64,000 nt of DNA from Sedimentisphaerales bacterium (GCA_963663965.2 CAXXFK010000023.1:32001-96000); one strand, 5' to 3'. Positions 39,350 through 50,068 are shown, counted from the stretch's first letter. Translations and numbers: made by a program. Notes: a model not told the origin generated them from the letters alone.

Positions 39350-40066
39350 TTGCGTAAACAGATAATAAATGAGCAAGATAGAAAACACGGAATACGGTTT
39401 CAAATTATCGTGAAGACAACCATTACATCTTGTTTTCGCATCCGTCGCATTTGGATGTTAGCCCTGACAGCTGGCCTGATCTGGTTATATTTGTTCGCCG
39501 GCCAGGGCGCTTCTTTGTTTGCCGCCCTTAACGCTCAGCAGGTCGCGGAATACGAATTAAAATCCGCCTTTATCTACAACTTCCTCAAATTTACCCAGTG
39601 GCCCAAGGAATATGACAAAAAGAAAGACATCGTCATCGGCATTTTCGATCCGGATGTCTACGCTGTCTGCGATAAAGTCTTGCGCCACAAAACGATCGAT
39701 AAAAAACAGGTCCAAACCGTCCAGCTGACCAAAGACCTTTTCAAAGACAAAGAAGAGCTCAACAAAAACGATCAGGCCATGATCAAACAGATGCAGGAAT
39801 GCCATATTCTGTTTATTCCAGAAAGCCAGAAAATTGATCTGAAAGCCCTCAAAACCTTAACTGGCAAACTCCCGATTCTGCTGGTCGGTGAAGAAAAAGA
39901 ATTCCTCGAACGCGGTGGTATGATCAATTTCCTGATACTGGATAAAAAAGTTCGCTTTGAAATTAACTTGATTGAAACCGATAAAGCCGCCATTCAATTC
40001 CGCTCTCAACTGCTGCGACTCGCTGTACGTGTTATCGAAAAGAAAGAAAAAGATCAGGAGCAATAA
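39350..40066 (+). CDS. YfiR family (DUF4154) protein; true start probably downstream (39410 or 39455)
   Basis: EYELKSAFIYNFLKFTQWP, CHILFI and GGMINF...KVRFEINL...SQLLRLA. Confidence 0.88.
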   Translation: MRKQIINEQDRKHGIRFQIIVKTTITSCFRIRRIWMLALTAGLIWLYLFAGQGASLFAALNAQQVAEYELKSAFIYNFLKFTQWPKEYDKKKDIVIGIFDPDVYAVCDKVLRHKTIDKKQVQTVQLTKDLFKDKEELNKNDQAMIKQMQECHILFIPESQKIDLKALKTLTGKLPILLVGEEKEFLERGGMINFLILDKKVRFEINLIETDKAAIQFRSQLLRLAVRVIEKKEKDQEQ

Positions 40067-40073
40067 CCAGCCA

Positions 40074-40706
40074 TTAAGCCTGTATTGAACCGGGTATCAC
40101 CTCCATAATTCTGCGGGGCTTTTTATTCTCAAGCCATACCAGAAGTCCATACCCAACCAATCCCCCCACAACGCCGCCCAGATGAGATGCGGCAACTGGC
40201 ACGCCGATCTTGTCTGTATGCATGAAATCAAACACCATCTGCCCTGTCCCCAGCTCGATCAGGCTTTTCAACAAAACCACTGCCAGGCTGATTTGCCCAA
40301 TGCGATAGAGAGGAGAGTTTCGCCCCATTTTGATTAACATCATGGCATACAAAGCCATCAAGCCATGATCGATGCCAGACAAGCCGCAATAACCCGTCGC
40401 AGAAATCCCCGGCAAAACAATGGCAACAGCAACCACGGTGCCCATCGCACATCCCAGCATCAGGACAATTCGTTTCCAAAGCCTGTTCACCGGTAAAGCG
40501 GTATAAAGCGAAAAAAACGCGACACCGTCCAGCAGCAAATGATACCAGCTGACATGGACAAATGAATGTGTTATTAACCGCCACCATTGCCCCGCCAGAA
40601 TCGGATCGATTTCCAAAATCAGTCCGCGTGATACCTCGCCCCAACACAAAGGCAGATTTACCATAACAATCAACAAGCCAAAAATAATTGTGTCAATTTG
40701 TTTCAT
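40074..40706 (-). CDS. Rhombosortase (rhomboid-family intramembrane protease)
   Basis: GQWWRLITHSFVHVSWYHLLLD, YCGLSG catalytic Ser and SHLGG catalytic His. It is adjacent to a GlyGly-CTERM-like protein. Confidence 0.85.
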   Translation of the reverse strand: MKQIDTIIFGLLIVMVNLPLCWGEVSRGLILEIDPILAGQWWRLITHSFVHVSWYHLLLDGVAFFSLYTALPVNRLWKRIVLMLGCAMGTVVAVAIVLPGISATGYCGLSGIDHGLMALYAMMLIKMGRNSPLYRIGQISLAVVLLKSLIELGTGQMVFDFMHTDKIGVPVAASHLGGVVGGLVGYGLLVWLENKKPRRIMEVIPGSIQA

Positions 40707-40761
40707 GATAAAATTCTCAATAGCCGGCGGCGTTCTAAACACCGCCGGCAGATCCCCCGCC

Positions 40762-42867
40762 TTATACTTTGGCCTGTTTTCGTTTCATCCATATTGCCAA
40801 CACGACAAACAATGGCCCAACCGGACCAGAACCAAATCCAATCCCCGGCGAAGAGCGGTCGCCAAAAGCGCCGTTACGCCCCGATGGATCATTGCGGTCT
40901 TGATCCACGCGATGATTGCGGATCGCCTGGTTCTCTTTGCGCGCCTGAGCCTGACGTTCCCGCTCAACACGATCGCGATTGCGATTTTGCGTCCCCTGGC
41001 TCTCTTTTTCTTCCTCACTCAAAACCAGCATCGACGTATAATCCGTCACTAAAGAATATGCTTCACCCAGCTCTATAACTTTCTGGCGCAAGCCTTCCGA
41101 TTCACCATCCTGTCGAATCTTCTGCATAATCTCATCAACACGAGACAAGGCCCATAATCGTTCCAGTTCTGGATTATCCTGATCCACGGCGGGCAAATCA
41201 GCCCGGCAACGCCACGAATGCTCCTGGCCGGATATTTTAGCATTTAACTCCAATTCAACCTTACCCTCACTTTTATAATGTCCAAAAACCACCAGTTGTT
41301 GACCTTGATAAAGATTGCCAGGCTTTGCCGGCGTTAAATCGCTGACCTTCTCCCCATGAAACGTTAATGTAACATCATGAAGGTTTTCATAGAGAATCTT
41401 CGCCTTGGCTTGAATAATCCGCCCAATAATGTCGTCAGTGACTCCAACATTCATGGCAAATCCGCCCGATTCCTGTGCCAATGTCTCCATTAAAGGCTGG
41501 TTGGCGCTGTTTCCCATTACAAAGGTGAACAGCCGGATATCGTATTGGCGTAACAATTTAATAAACTGATCATGCCCGGTTGGCCCAATATTGGCCACAC
41601 CATCCGTAACCAATATAATACCCGTTGTACGATCATCATCCAAACGATCATAAGCGAGTTTAATGCCATCATATAAATTGGTCCCGCCATTAGCCCGAAT
41701 ATTACGAATTTGATTAAGTGATGATTGAACGTTTTCAGGAGTCGCGGCAATGAACCCTCCGGTCAAATCCGCGGCTCGATTGTTAAATGTAATAATTCGA
41801 TAACGGTCCTTACTGCTCATCTGCCCAATTACTTTTACTACTCCGTCTATCAACGTTGATATTTTATCTCCCCCCATACTGCCGGAGGCATCCAGAACAA
41901 AAATCCAGTCGACGCCTTCAGTTATGGGTTTCAGGTCTGCCGCCGGAGTTACTATCGCCATAAAAGTTCCGACAGAAGAGGCATCCTCTCGATACGGAAT
42001 AATTTCAATCCGGGCCGGCACACTATCATCTAAACGATAATAAACCAGAATATCTTTGCTAAGATTGCCACCTTCTGGTTGCTCAATTGACAAAATGTAA
42101 TGCTCACTAGTACCGTCTGCTCTTTCTTTATCCGTTATTTTTTTAACGGTCGCCACATCCATCCATTGAGGCGCTCGAACATCTTTAATCGGAAATGCTG
42201 ATTTTAATTCCAGTTCAAACCGAAATGAGGCTTCGACTTTATCATCTACCGACCAAAACGCGATTCGCTCTTCATCTACACCCCCCTCTGCCAGCGGGTA
42301 AAGATAGCGTCCAACATTCAAATCAATCATCAGTGGTTGATAATATACCAATCGAACCCGGGTTGTATTATTCGCCCGCACGGGATAAACCGATACTTCA
42401 AAGACCCGATAATCATCTTTTTCGGCCAATGCCGTATCGTTGCCTTTCTGAATCTGTTCATCATGGACCTGCCGGGCCCGTTCTTTCTCCAAAACTTCGC
42501 CAACAATTTCTTTTCCGTCAATCCATAAACTTAATTCAGACAAACTGGCCTGGTCAGGAAGTGGAAATGAATATATTGCCTGCAAATCATCTGAACCGCG
42601 ATTTCCAAACACCTGATCAACCTCAGTTCTGGCAAATCCATTATTAATGGTCACTTTTACATGATGAGATTGTAAAAAAATCTGATTCTCATCCTGGGTG
42701 CGATTGGATTTCAATAATCCCGCGGCCATGGATTGACTATTTAAAACAAATATAACTGCCATCATCAAAGCACATAAACAATAGAACGACCCGTGAAAAT
42801 TTGCTTTTATTCTGATGATTTCTTTGAATTTTTTAGTTTCATCTTTTGCCATTTGTTGAGATTCCAT
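40762..42867 (-). CDS. VIT + VWA domain protein with GlyGly-CTERM-like tail
   Basis: VIT (ARTEVDQVF..YSFPLP), MIDAS (VLDASGSM, GGTNL, VTDG), YSLVTDYTSMLV, and the tail GFGSGPVGPLFVVLAIWMKRK. Confidence 0.9.
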   Translation of the reverse strand: MESQQMAKDETKKFKEIIRIKANFHGSFYCLCALMMAVIFVLNSQSMAAGLLKSNRTQDENQIFLQSHHVKVTINNGFARTEVDQVFGNRGSDDLQAIYSFPLPDQASLSELSLWIDGKEIVGEVLEKERARQVHDEQIQKGNDTALAEKDDYRVFEVSVYPVRANNTTRVRLVYYQPLMIDLNVGRYLYPLAEGGVDEERIAFWSVDDKVEASFRFELELKSAFPIKDVRAPQWMDVATVKKITDKERADGTSEHYILSIEQPEGGNLSKDILVYYRLDDSVPARIEIIPYREDASSVGTFMAIVTPAADLKPITEGVDWIFVLDASGSMGGDKISTLIDGVVKVIGQMSSKDRYRIITFNNRAADLTGGFIAATPENVQSSLNQIRNIRANGGTNLYDGIKLAYDRLDDDRTTGIILVTDGVANIGPTGHDQFIKLLRQYDIRLFTFVMGNSANQPLMETLAQESGGFAMNVGVTDDIIGRIIQAKAKILYENLHDVTLTFHGEKVSDLTPAKPGNLYQGQQLVVFGHYKSEGKVELELNAKISGQEHSWRCRADLPAVDQDNPELERLWALSRVDEIMQKIRQDGESEGLRQKVIELGEAYSLVTDYTSMLVLSEEEKESQGTQNRNRDRVERERQAQARKENQAIRNHRVDQDRNDPSGRNGAFGDRSSPGIGFGSGPVGPLFVVLAIWMKRKQAKV

Positions 42868-43107
42868 AATCTGTTCCTTTTTGAATTTATTTATCAATAC
42901 GGTTAATCGCTCAACGCGTGTGCTGTGTAATGTATATTTATATACAATATATACCACACACGATGTGCTGTCAAGCTGGGAAATAAAACTGTTGTTGCCC
43001 AAACAATTTAATCAGACCAGATATGTTTTGTAACTTATTAATAAGTAATAAGTTGTAAAAAACTAAAATATATACAATTTCTTAGAAGATTCTGCTATGA
43101 TTTTGCG

Positions 43108-44517
43108 ATGACACAGAACTGGCTACAACAGCGCTGGAAAGGCCCAGGCGGAATCCAGCAACTTTTGATGGTATCATTCCCGCTAATATTGAGCTATGGG
43201 ACTTCTACCATTCAAATGTTCGTTGACCGCATGTTTCTTGGGCATCACAATTTAGATGAAATGGCTGCCGCATCCCCGGCCAGTATTACCGCGTTCTTAT
43301 ATGTCAGCCTGTTCATGGGAACGGGCGGATATGTGAACACTTTTGTCGCGCAATATACCGGCGCAGGCCAACCTCATCGGATCGGCCCGGCAGTTTGGCA
43401 GGGTATTTATTTGTCTTTTATTGCCGCGTTATTCAGCTTCCCATTAATTCGACTGGCAGAGCCGATTTTCGATTTCTATGGTCATGCTCCCGCTATTCGT
43501 CAATATGAGATCGAATATTTTCAAATTATGTGTTTCGGGGCCGGCCCCTCAGTTCTGGCGGCGACCATGTCAAGTTTCTATACCGGACGCGGTAAAACAT
43601 GGACCATTCTCTATGTCAACATTTTGGCAACGGCTGTTAATATCGTTCTCGACTGGGTTATGATATTTGGCAACTTGGGTTTTCCAGAAATGGGAATTGC
43701 CGGAGCGGCCTGGGCCACGGTTATTGCCCATTGTGTTAACGCGGCTATCTATGTTTTTCTACATTTTAGAAAAATTAACCGAACCCTGTATGCCACCCAT
43801 TATGCCCGTTTTAATCGAGACCTCTTTGGCCGGCTGATTCGCTACGGTCTGCCACACGGTATTCAGTTCATGCTGGAAATGCTTGGGTTCACGCTGTTTA
43901 TTGCTTTAGTGGGCCGACTGGGAAGTGAGGCACTGGCGGCCACAAATATTACTTTTCAATTAAATATGTTCGCCTTTTTGCCCATGCTTGGTTCGGGGAT
44001 CGCATTAACGGCGCTGGTTGGTCAGGCTCTGGGGCAAAATGATATCGCCCTGGCACGGCGCACAACCTGGAATGCCTTCTTAATGACTTATGCCTATATG
44101 GGAGTTATTGCCCTTTCATTCATTCTGTGGCCGGAACACCTCGCGTCGGTGTTCCGATCCAAAGGAAATGAAGCGGAATATGCCGCATTGATTCCAGCGA
44201 TCCGAATACTGGTGCGTTTTGTCGCGTTTTACTGCCTGTTCGATACCTGCACGATCATTTTCTCCGCCGTCCTCAAGGGAGCGGGTGATACTCGCTATGT
44301 CATGGTTGTATCGGTAATTATGAGCTGGTTGATCATGGTAATTCCTTCATATCTGATTATTGATAACCAATGGGGCGGCCCTTATGCACTCTATCTGGCC
44401 TGGTGTTGTGCTACTGCGTATATCTGTTCGCTGGCCATTATGTTTTCTCTGCGTTATCGAACAGGAAAATGGACTAAAATGCGCGTTATCGAAATGACGA
44501 CTGCCGAGATCGATTAA
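43108..44517 (+). CDS. MATE family efflux transporter
   Basis: FVDRMFLG, FVAQYTGAG, MGIAGAAWAT, LVGQALG and LKGAGDT. Confidence 0.93.
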   Translation: MTQNWLQQRWKGPGGIQQLLMVSFPLILSYGTSTIQMFVDRMFLGHHNLDEMAAASPASITAFLYVSLFMGTGGYVNTFVAQYTGAGQPHRIGPAVWQGIYLSFIAALFSFPLIRLAEPIFDFYGHAPAIRQYEIEYFQIMCFGAGPSVLAATMSSFYTGRGKTWTILYVNILATAVNIVLDWVMIFGNLGFPEMGIAGAAWATVIAHCVNAAIYVFLHFRKINRTLYATHYARFNRDLFGRLIRYGLPHGIQFMLEMLGFTLFIALVGRLGSEALAATNITFQLNMFAFLPMLGSGIALTALVGQALGQNDIALARRTTWNAFLMTYAYMGVIALSFILWPEHLASVFRSKGNEAEYAALIPAIRILVRFVAFYCLFDTCTIIFSAVLKGAGDTRYVMVVSVIMSWLIMVIPSYLIIDNQWGGPYALYLAWCCATAYICSLAIMFSLRYRTGKWTKMRVIEMTTAEID

Positions 44518-45284
44518 TTCCAGGGAGCATAATACATTCTCACAGTTTTATTTTGTTCGAACCAGTGCAGGTCATTCCATTTTGTCCAATGGGCAGAGGT
44601 ATCTATCATGCCGATGGCAAGCCCTTCCACTTTGGGTAGCGACCCACTCTCGGGCGGCAGATAGCTGGCGGACCGATCTTGAATGTGGGGCATTTTTGCG
44701 CCCCACTTCCCTCCCGAACTTATCGTATCCCAGTGATAACAAGAAAACAATGTCGGCGAAGTGGCCTTTGTGCGGCTATCGGTAATACGATTAACAGATC
44801 GATATGTTTTACCGCTTTGTGTGATTGGGCTTAGAGGATTATCCGGCTGATCATAGCGCCGGCCATAATAAATGAAGCCGATTGAGGTCCCCCCCAGGTA
44901 AAAACCGTTGTCGGTTTTGGGTGGCTCGTAAAAAAATTCCGTAATTTTCTTTTCCCAATCACCACAAATCGCATGTTGTTGATCTATCTGATATTTCTCA
45001 TGGATCGCCAGGCAACTGGAAAAATTGGTTTCACTCCAATATTCCGGCTGAGTTTCGTCTGGATGGATATTTCCCTGGGGCAGCCAGTCATTATAATCGT
45101 TTGCATACATATTACATGCCAAGGCACATTGGCGTTCGTTTGACAGACAAACTGTTCGTTGGCTGTTTTTGCGCGCGCGTCCTAATGCGGGCAATAATAT
45201 GCTAATGAGTAAAGCCAGAATTGAGACAACTACTAATAACTCTATTAAGGTAAACGCTCTGGCAGTTGGTCTGTTATTCATCAT
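44514..45284 (-). CDS. Prepilin-type N-terminal cleavage/methylation protein (DUF1559-like)
   Basis: AFTLIELLVVVSILALLISILLPALGRAR...CLSNERQ...MYANDY. Confidence 0.88.
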   Translation of the reverse strand: MMNNRPTARAFTLIELLVVVSILALLISILLPALGRARKNSQRTVCLSNERQCALACNMYANDYNDWLPQGNIHPDETQPEYWSETNFSSCLAIHEKYQIDQQHAICGDWEKKITEFFYEPPKTDNGFYLGGTSIGFIYYGRRYDQPDNPLSPITQSGKTYRSVNRITDSRTKATSPTLFSCYHWDTISSGGKWGAKMPHIQDRSASYLPPESGSLPKVEGLAIGMIDTSAHWTKWNDLHWFEQNKTVRMYYAPWN

Positions 45285-46726
45285 CAGCTCCCAGATGCTT
45301 GTAGTTTTGTTAATGTGAAGCTTCCCGATTCATTTCCGTCAAAAGTGCCGCTAATTTTATTCTGTTCCAGTGTTCCTTTGGCGGTGCCGGTCCAGTTATA
45401 GCCTTCGCCACTTAAATAAATAGTATTGTTCTGGAAGCTAAATTCTTTGACTTGACATATTTCTGACGCCCAATCTTCAAACGATTCTTTCATAACCATG
45501 GAGTATTTCCGGCCATCACGGGTAATTATAGCAACAAAATCGCCCCGTTCTCCATATTGAGACTCATAAACTCCCCGCCATTTCCCGATCAGCGCCATTT
45601 CCGTTACCGAATCCATTTCGGTCCCAGATTCCAGTAGTTTTGTTAATTTAAAAGTGCCGGATTCGTTCCCGTCAAAAGTGCCGCTAATTTTATTCTGTTC
45701 CAGTGTTCCTTTGGCGGTGCCTGTCCAGTTATAGCCTTCGCCACTTAAATAAATAGTATTGTTCTGGAAGCTAAATTCTTTGACCTGACAAATTTCTGGC
45801 GCCCAATCTTCAAATGATTCTTTCATGACCATGCTATATTCCTGGCCATTATTGGTAATTATGGCAACAAAATCGCCACGTTCCCCATATTGTGATTCAT
45901 AAACCCCCCGCCACTTTCCAGCCAGTTTCACTTCTGATGACGAATCTATCCCCGCCAATTTAACCAGAGACGCGGGAATTTGCTTCTGTTCGTAATCGAA
46001 AACATACATCATGTAATTGCTTTTACTGCTCTTAAAATAGACTTTCAATTGAAGTGGCAATAGTGACCGTCTGCCGACGGTGATCGTAATCTCGTTAATA
46101 GAAAAGTCATTTTGCGGCTTGCCAAAACGATAAACCAAAAAGTCTTCGCCAACCTCAATTGGTTTGCTCGCATTGATTTCTTCGGCTGGGTACGCAAAAA
46201 TTCCCTGCGTCAATACTTTAAACAAATCCTGTTCTCCGGCTATTTCATTCAGGCCATCGAACCACGAAGAATCCTTATGAGTCATGTCGCCCTGTCGATT
46301 ATATTCTGTTCGAGATTCGCCGTCGTCAATTCGGCAGCCGCCATTGGCGAGTTGATCAATGACCCTGCCATTAACATACCATGACTCCTGGCTGGATTGT
46401 AAACCATTTTCATCAAACTCAAATCCATAAAAATGTACCTGGCCGATGGTCCGGGCCTGGCTGACAACATCGGCCCAGGCGACATTCCCATTATTGAGCT
46501 GATCTAAAATCCATATACCGGAAAACAAACTAAAGACCAAAAGTGCGGCGGCGACATAACGCCAGGCAAAATGGTAACCAGGAGCAGCGTTTTTCTTCAT
46601 GTTCCAATCAATTGGCGAATCACTTTCTAACTGGTTCAGACTTGCACACAAATTTTCTTTCAAGTGGGCTGGTGGTTGAATTGCAGGCGTGTTTTTTAAA
46701 ATTGATTCAATATTTCGCTTATTCAT
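45284..46726 (-). CDS. Putative transmembrane anti-sigma factor with duplicated C-terminal domain
   Basis: Follows the ECF sigma gene. It has an N-terminal cytoplasmic helix, a TM segment, a VAWADVV motif, and two near-identical ~95-aa C-terminal domains. Confidence 0.7.
   Translation of the reverse strand: MNKRNIESILKNTPAIQPPAHLKENLCASLNQLESDSPIDWNMKKNAAPGYHFAWRYVAAALLVFSLFSGIWILDQLNNGNVAWADVVSQARTIGQVHFYGFEFDENGLQSSQESWYVNGRVIDQLANGGCRIDDGESRTEYNRQGDMTHKDSSWFDGLNEIAGEQDLFKVLTQGIFAYPAEEINASKPIEVGEDFLVYRFGKPQNDFSINEITITVGRRSLLPLQLKVYFKSSKSNYMMYVFDYEQKQIPASLVKLAGIDSSSEVKLAGKWRGVYESQYGERGDFVAIITNNGQEYSMVMKESFEDWAPEICQVKEFSFQNNTIYLSGEGYNWTGTAKGTLEQNKISGTFDGNESGTFKLTKLLESGTEMDSVTEMALIGKWRGVYESQYGERGDFVAIITRDGRKYSMVMKESFEDWASEICQVKEFSFQNNTIYLSGEGYNWTGTAKGTLEQNKISGTFDGNESGSFTLTKLQASGS
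45301..45919 (-). repeat. Intragenic tandem duplication, period 333 bp
   Basis: GTAGTTTTGTTAAT at 45301 and 45634. The protein repeat GKWRGVYESQYGERGDFVAII...GTFDGNESG occurs twice. Confidence 0.92.
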
Positions 46727-46742
46727 GATAGACTCCTGTTTT

Positions 46743-47270
46743 TCAAGTATGACTAATCCAATGTTTTAAACTATTTAATGCTTTACGAAGCCGGTATTTA
46801 ACCGTACTAACGGGACAACTTAATACTGAAGCGGTTTCTGAAAGGCTCAGATTTTCATAGTAGTGTAAATGAATCACCTGCCGCCGATCTTCATCAAGCC
46901 GTTCTACCAAACGATAAAGTTCTGCGGCCTGTTGGCGGCCATGAGCCACCTCATCAGGGGGCCCAGTCTGGTCAGGGATATCCCACCAGTCGTTATCGTA
47001 GTTGGGAGCCAATTTGCCTTTGCGTTGCCAATCGACAAAAAGATGGTAAGCTATCCGCAAAAGCCATGTTTTCATCGAGCTACGGCCTTCATAGCCGATC
47101 AATCCGCGCCAGGCTTTCAGGCAAGTTTCCTGGGTCAGGTCTTCGGCCAGAAGAGGATCTCCGCAAAGCCGATATAGATAACGGTAAATACTTTCATAGT
47201 TAGAAAGTATCCATGACTCAGCCAAATCTGGATTGTGGGAATTATCCTGACAGGATTTTGATTTAAACAT
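46743..47270 (-). CDS. ECF RNA polymerase sigma factor
   Basis: AEDLTQET, TWLLRIA and LSLSETASVLSCPVSTVKYRLRKA. Confidence 0.93.
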   Translation of the reverse strand: MFKSKSCQDNSHNPDLAESWILSNYESIYRYLYRLCGDPLLAEDLTQETCLKAWRGLIGYEGRSSMKTWLLRIAYHLFVDWQRKGKLAPNYDNDWWDIPDQTGPPDEVAHGRQQAAELYRLVERLDEDRRQVIHLHYYENLSLSETASVLSCPVSTVKYRLRKALNSLKHWISHT

Positions 47271-47439
47271 AGAAGAATAATAAAATTACATTATTGGATC
47301 CAATGTCGGCAACTTAACTGATATCAGTTTCACTATTAGACGAGATTTGACATAAGCCTGGCCAATAGTTTTTTAATTTTTTTTTAAAATTGCCATTATC
47401 TTGTCTGAGTTCTTGAAATGAGCACTAAAACTCGATAGG

Positions 47440-49743
47440 ATGATATATTATATGAAAACCATGCATTACAGGCTTGTCTGGGCCTGCCTGTTGATCTGGG
47501 AGACTTTAGTTCTGGGTCAATCTCAGCCCCATGATATTCAAGCGGCCTCGAAGGTCATCAATAATCCAATTCTTTTTGTCGTGCGCTATCAATATCAGGC
47601 CGATCATCATAATACTGCCACATTATTTCAGAATGGCGAGATTAATTCAGGCAAATTTCGGCCACCGGGCTCACTAAAAAGTCTTGATATGACAACCGGA
47701 CAGGTTCGCACAATCCTGGATGCTCCTGACGGTGTTATTCGAGATCCTGAAGTCGGTTTTGATGGAAAACAAATTCTGTTTTCGATGCGTACCAACGCTG
47801 CTGACGATTATCATATTTACGAAATCAACGCCGATGGAACCCATTTGCGCCAGCTAACCCACACTGCAGGCGTAAATGATATCGATCCGTTATATTTGCC
47901 TGACGGGCGGATTGTATTCAGTTCGACACACGAGCCTAAGTATTGTATGTGCAATCGCCATATCATGGCCAATTTGTTTGTTATGGAGTCCGACGGCAGC
48001 AAAATGCGTCAACTGGGTAAGAGTACCCTGTTTGAGGGCCATAGCGCCTTGTTGCCCGATGGCAGGATAATCTATGACCGCTGGGAATATATCGATCGTA
48101 ACTTTGGTGACGCACAAGGATTGTGGACTGTTTATCCTGACGGAACAAACCATGCGGTTTACTGGGGGAACAATTCCGGATCACCCGGAGGAGTTATCGA
48201 TCCCCGGCCCATTCCGGGCACACAATGGCTGGCGTGTATTTTCGGTTCTTGTCACGATCGGCCCTGGGGGGCCCTGACAATCATTGATCGTCGACTGGCA
48301 ACTGATGGCCGGCATGCGATGGTCCAAATCTGGCCAGAAGTAATGCGTAATAAAGTTGACGATACGCGCAACGACGCGTGGGATACCTTTATGGCAACCA
48401 AGCTGAAATATGAAGATCCCTGGCCGCTTGACGAACAACACATCCTCTGTTCAAGAATGACCGGCCAGGGAGAACAGATGGGAATTTATCTGATTGATAC
48501 TCAGGGAGATGAAACATTACTACATTTCGAAAAACCAGGATGTTATGATCCAATGCCACTGGCGCCACGCGTGAAACCCCCTGTCATCACTGACCGGATT
48601 GAACCTGAAAATTTGTATGGCCAGATTTATCTTTATAACGCTTACGAAGGCACCCACATGGCCGGCGTCAAACCGGGTGAGGTCAAGTGGCTGCGAGTGA
48701 TCGAATCTCCAGAAAAACGATCGTGGACTCATCCCTCCTGGAACGGACAGGGCCAGCAGGCACCGGCGATGAACTGGCACAGCTTTGAAAGCAAGCGCAT
48801 CCTGGGAACCGTTCCGGTTGAAGCAGATGGCTCAGCGTACTTTAAAGTCCCGGCCGGCAAATTTGTTTATTTTCAGCTACTGGATATAAACAAAATGATG
48901 ATCCAGTCGATGCGCAGTGGAACCATTGTTCAGCCGGGTGAGGCTGTTGGCTGTATTGGTTGTCACGAACCACGCCAGGCCGCCCCTCAAACTGGCAAGC
49001 TGGACGTCCCGATTGCGTTACGAAAACCTCCTCATGCACTTTCTGGCTGGATGGGTCCCGCTCGAATGTTTTCTTATCTGGCTGAGGTTCAACCGATATT
49101 TGATCATCACTGTCTTAAATGTCACGATTATGAGGGCCGTGGAGCAGACAAAGCACTTTTGGCGCCGGACAAGTCGCTGGTATTTAACGCCTCTTATATG
49201 GATTTATGGAGACAAAAACTAACCGGCTCAATTGGAGGCGGCCCGGCCCAGATACAACCGGCTTATAGTTGGGGTTCTCACAATAGCCGGCTTATCCGTC
49301 ATTTAGCCAAGGGCCACAAAGACGTCTCATTGTCCAGGGAAGAAATGGAGCGACTAACGACGTGGATTGATTTAAACGGGATTTATTATCCCGAATACAG
49401 TAGCGCCTATCCAGATAATCCGGCGGGGCGGGCTCCAATTACTAATGATCAACTTCAGCAACTGGGTCAATTAACCGGTGTTAATTTCGGCCAACAATTA
49501 GGCTGGAACACTTGCCAGAGGGCACAAATCAGCTTTGACCGCCCGGAATTAAGTTTGTGCCTGAGGCAGATAACAGACCTGGCAATTTACAAAAAAGCGC
49601 TGGCCATTATTGAATCAGGCCGCGAGAATCTACAGGTCAGACCCCGTGCGGATATGCCAGGATTCAAGCCCTGTCCGACAGATCTGCAAAGAGAAGAAAA
49701 ATATCGCAACTTATGTCTGATAAATGAGACACACAACAAGTAA
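47440..49743 (+). CDS. Hydrazine-synthase-alpha-like beta-propeller/cytochrome c protein
   Basis: DPLYLPDGRIVFSST, YDRWEY, GTVPVEADGSAYF, CIGCHE and CLKCHD. A paralog of 6317-9562 without the FGE domain. Confidence 0.85.
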   Translation: MIYYMKTMHYRLVWACLLIWETLVLGQSQPHDIQAASKVINNPILFVVRYQYQADHHNTATLFQNGEINSGKFRPPGSLKSLDMTTGQVRTILDAPDGVIRDPEVGFDGKQILFSMRTNAADDYHIYEINADGTHLRQLTHTAGVNDIDPLYLPDGRIVFSSTHEPKYCMCNRHIMANLFVMESDGSKMRQLGKSTLFEGHSALLPDGRIIYDRWEYIDRNFGDAQGLWTVYPDGTNHAVYWGNNSGSPGGVIDPRPIPGTQWLACIFGSCHDRPWGALTIIDRRLATDGRHAMVQIWPEVMRNKVDDTRNDAWDTFMATKLKYEDPWPLDEQHILCSRMTGQGEQMGIYLIDTQGDETLLHFEKPGCYDPMPLAPRVKPPVITDRIEPENLYGQIYLYNAYEGTHMAGVKPGEVKWLRVIESPEKRSWTHPSWNGQGQQAPAMNWHSFESKRILGTVPVEADGSAYFKVPAGKFVYFQLLDINKMMIQSMRSGTIVQPGEAVGCIGCHEPRQAAPQTGKLDVPIALRKPPHALSGWMGPARMFSYLAEVQPIFDHHCLKCHDYEGRGADKALLAPDKSLVFNASYMDLWRQKLTGSIGGGPAQIQPAYSWGSHNSRLIRHLAKGHKDVSLSREEMERLTTWIDLNGIYYPEYSSAYPDNPAGRAPITNDQLQQLGQLTGVNFGQQLGWNTCQRAQISFDRPELSLCLRQITDLAIYKKALAIIESGRENLQVRPRADMPGFKPCPTDLQREEKYRNLCLINETHNK

Positions 49744-50068
49744 ACCATGAAACCGCTTTATCCCAAGCCCAGGAAAATATTTTTCCTGGGATATTCCCTA
49801 TAATTGATATATTCGGCAATACTTGCCCATATTAAAACATTAATGGGTGGAACTGCCGTTTGAATTGATGGTGGCAATTTTTTTTAATTTTATGGCATAC
49901 ATATTTGCTTAATCGATTATAATGAAGATTAAAAGTATCGGTTTTAAGCCAGAAGCCGGATTAGTGAAAAGGCCACTATATTTTCCGGACAGATGGGCAA
50001 GTTCAGTTTTATCGTAATTCGGTTCTTCTTAGAATATCTATTAATCCTTATTTATGGAGGATGGTGCA

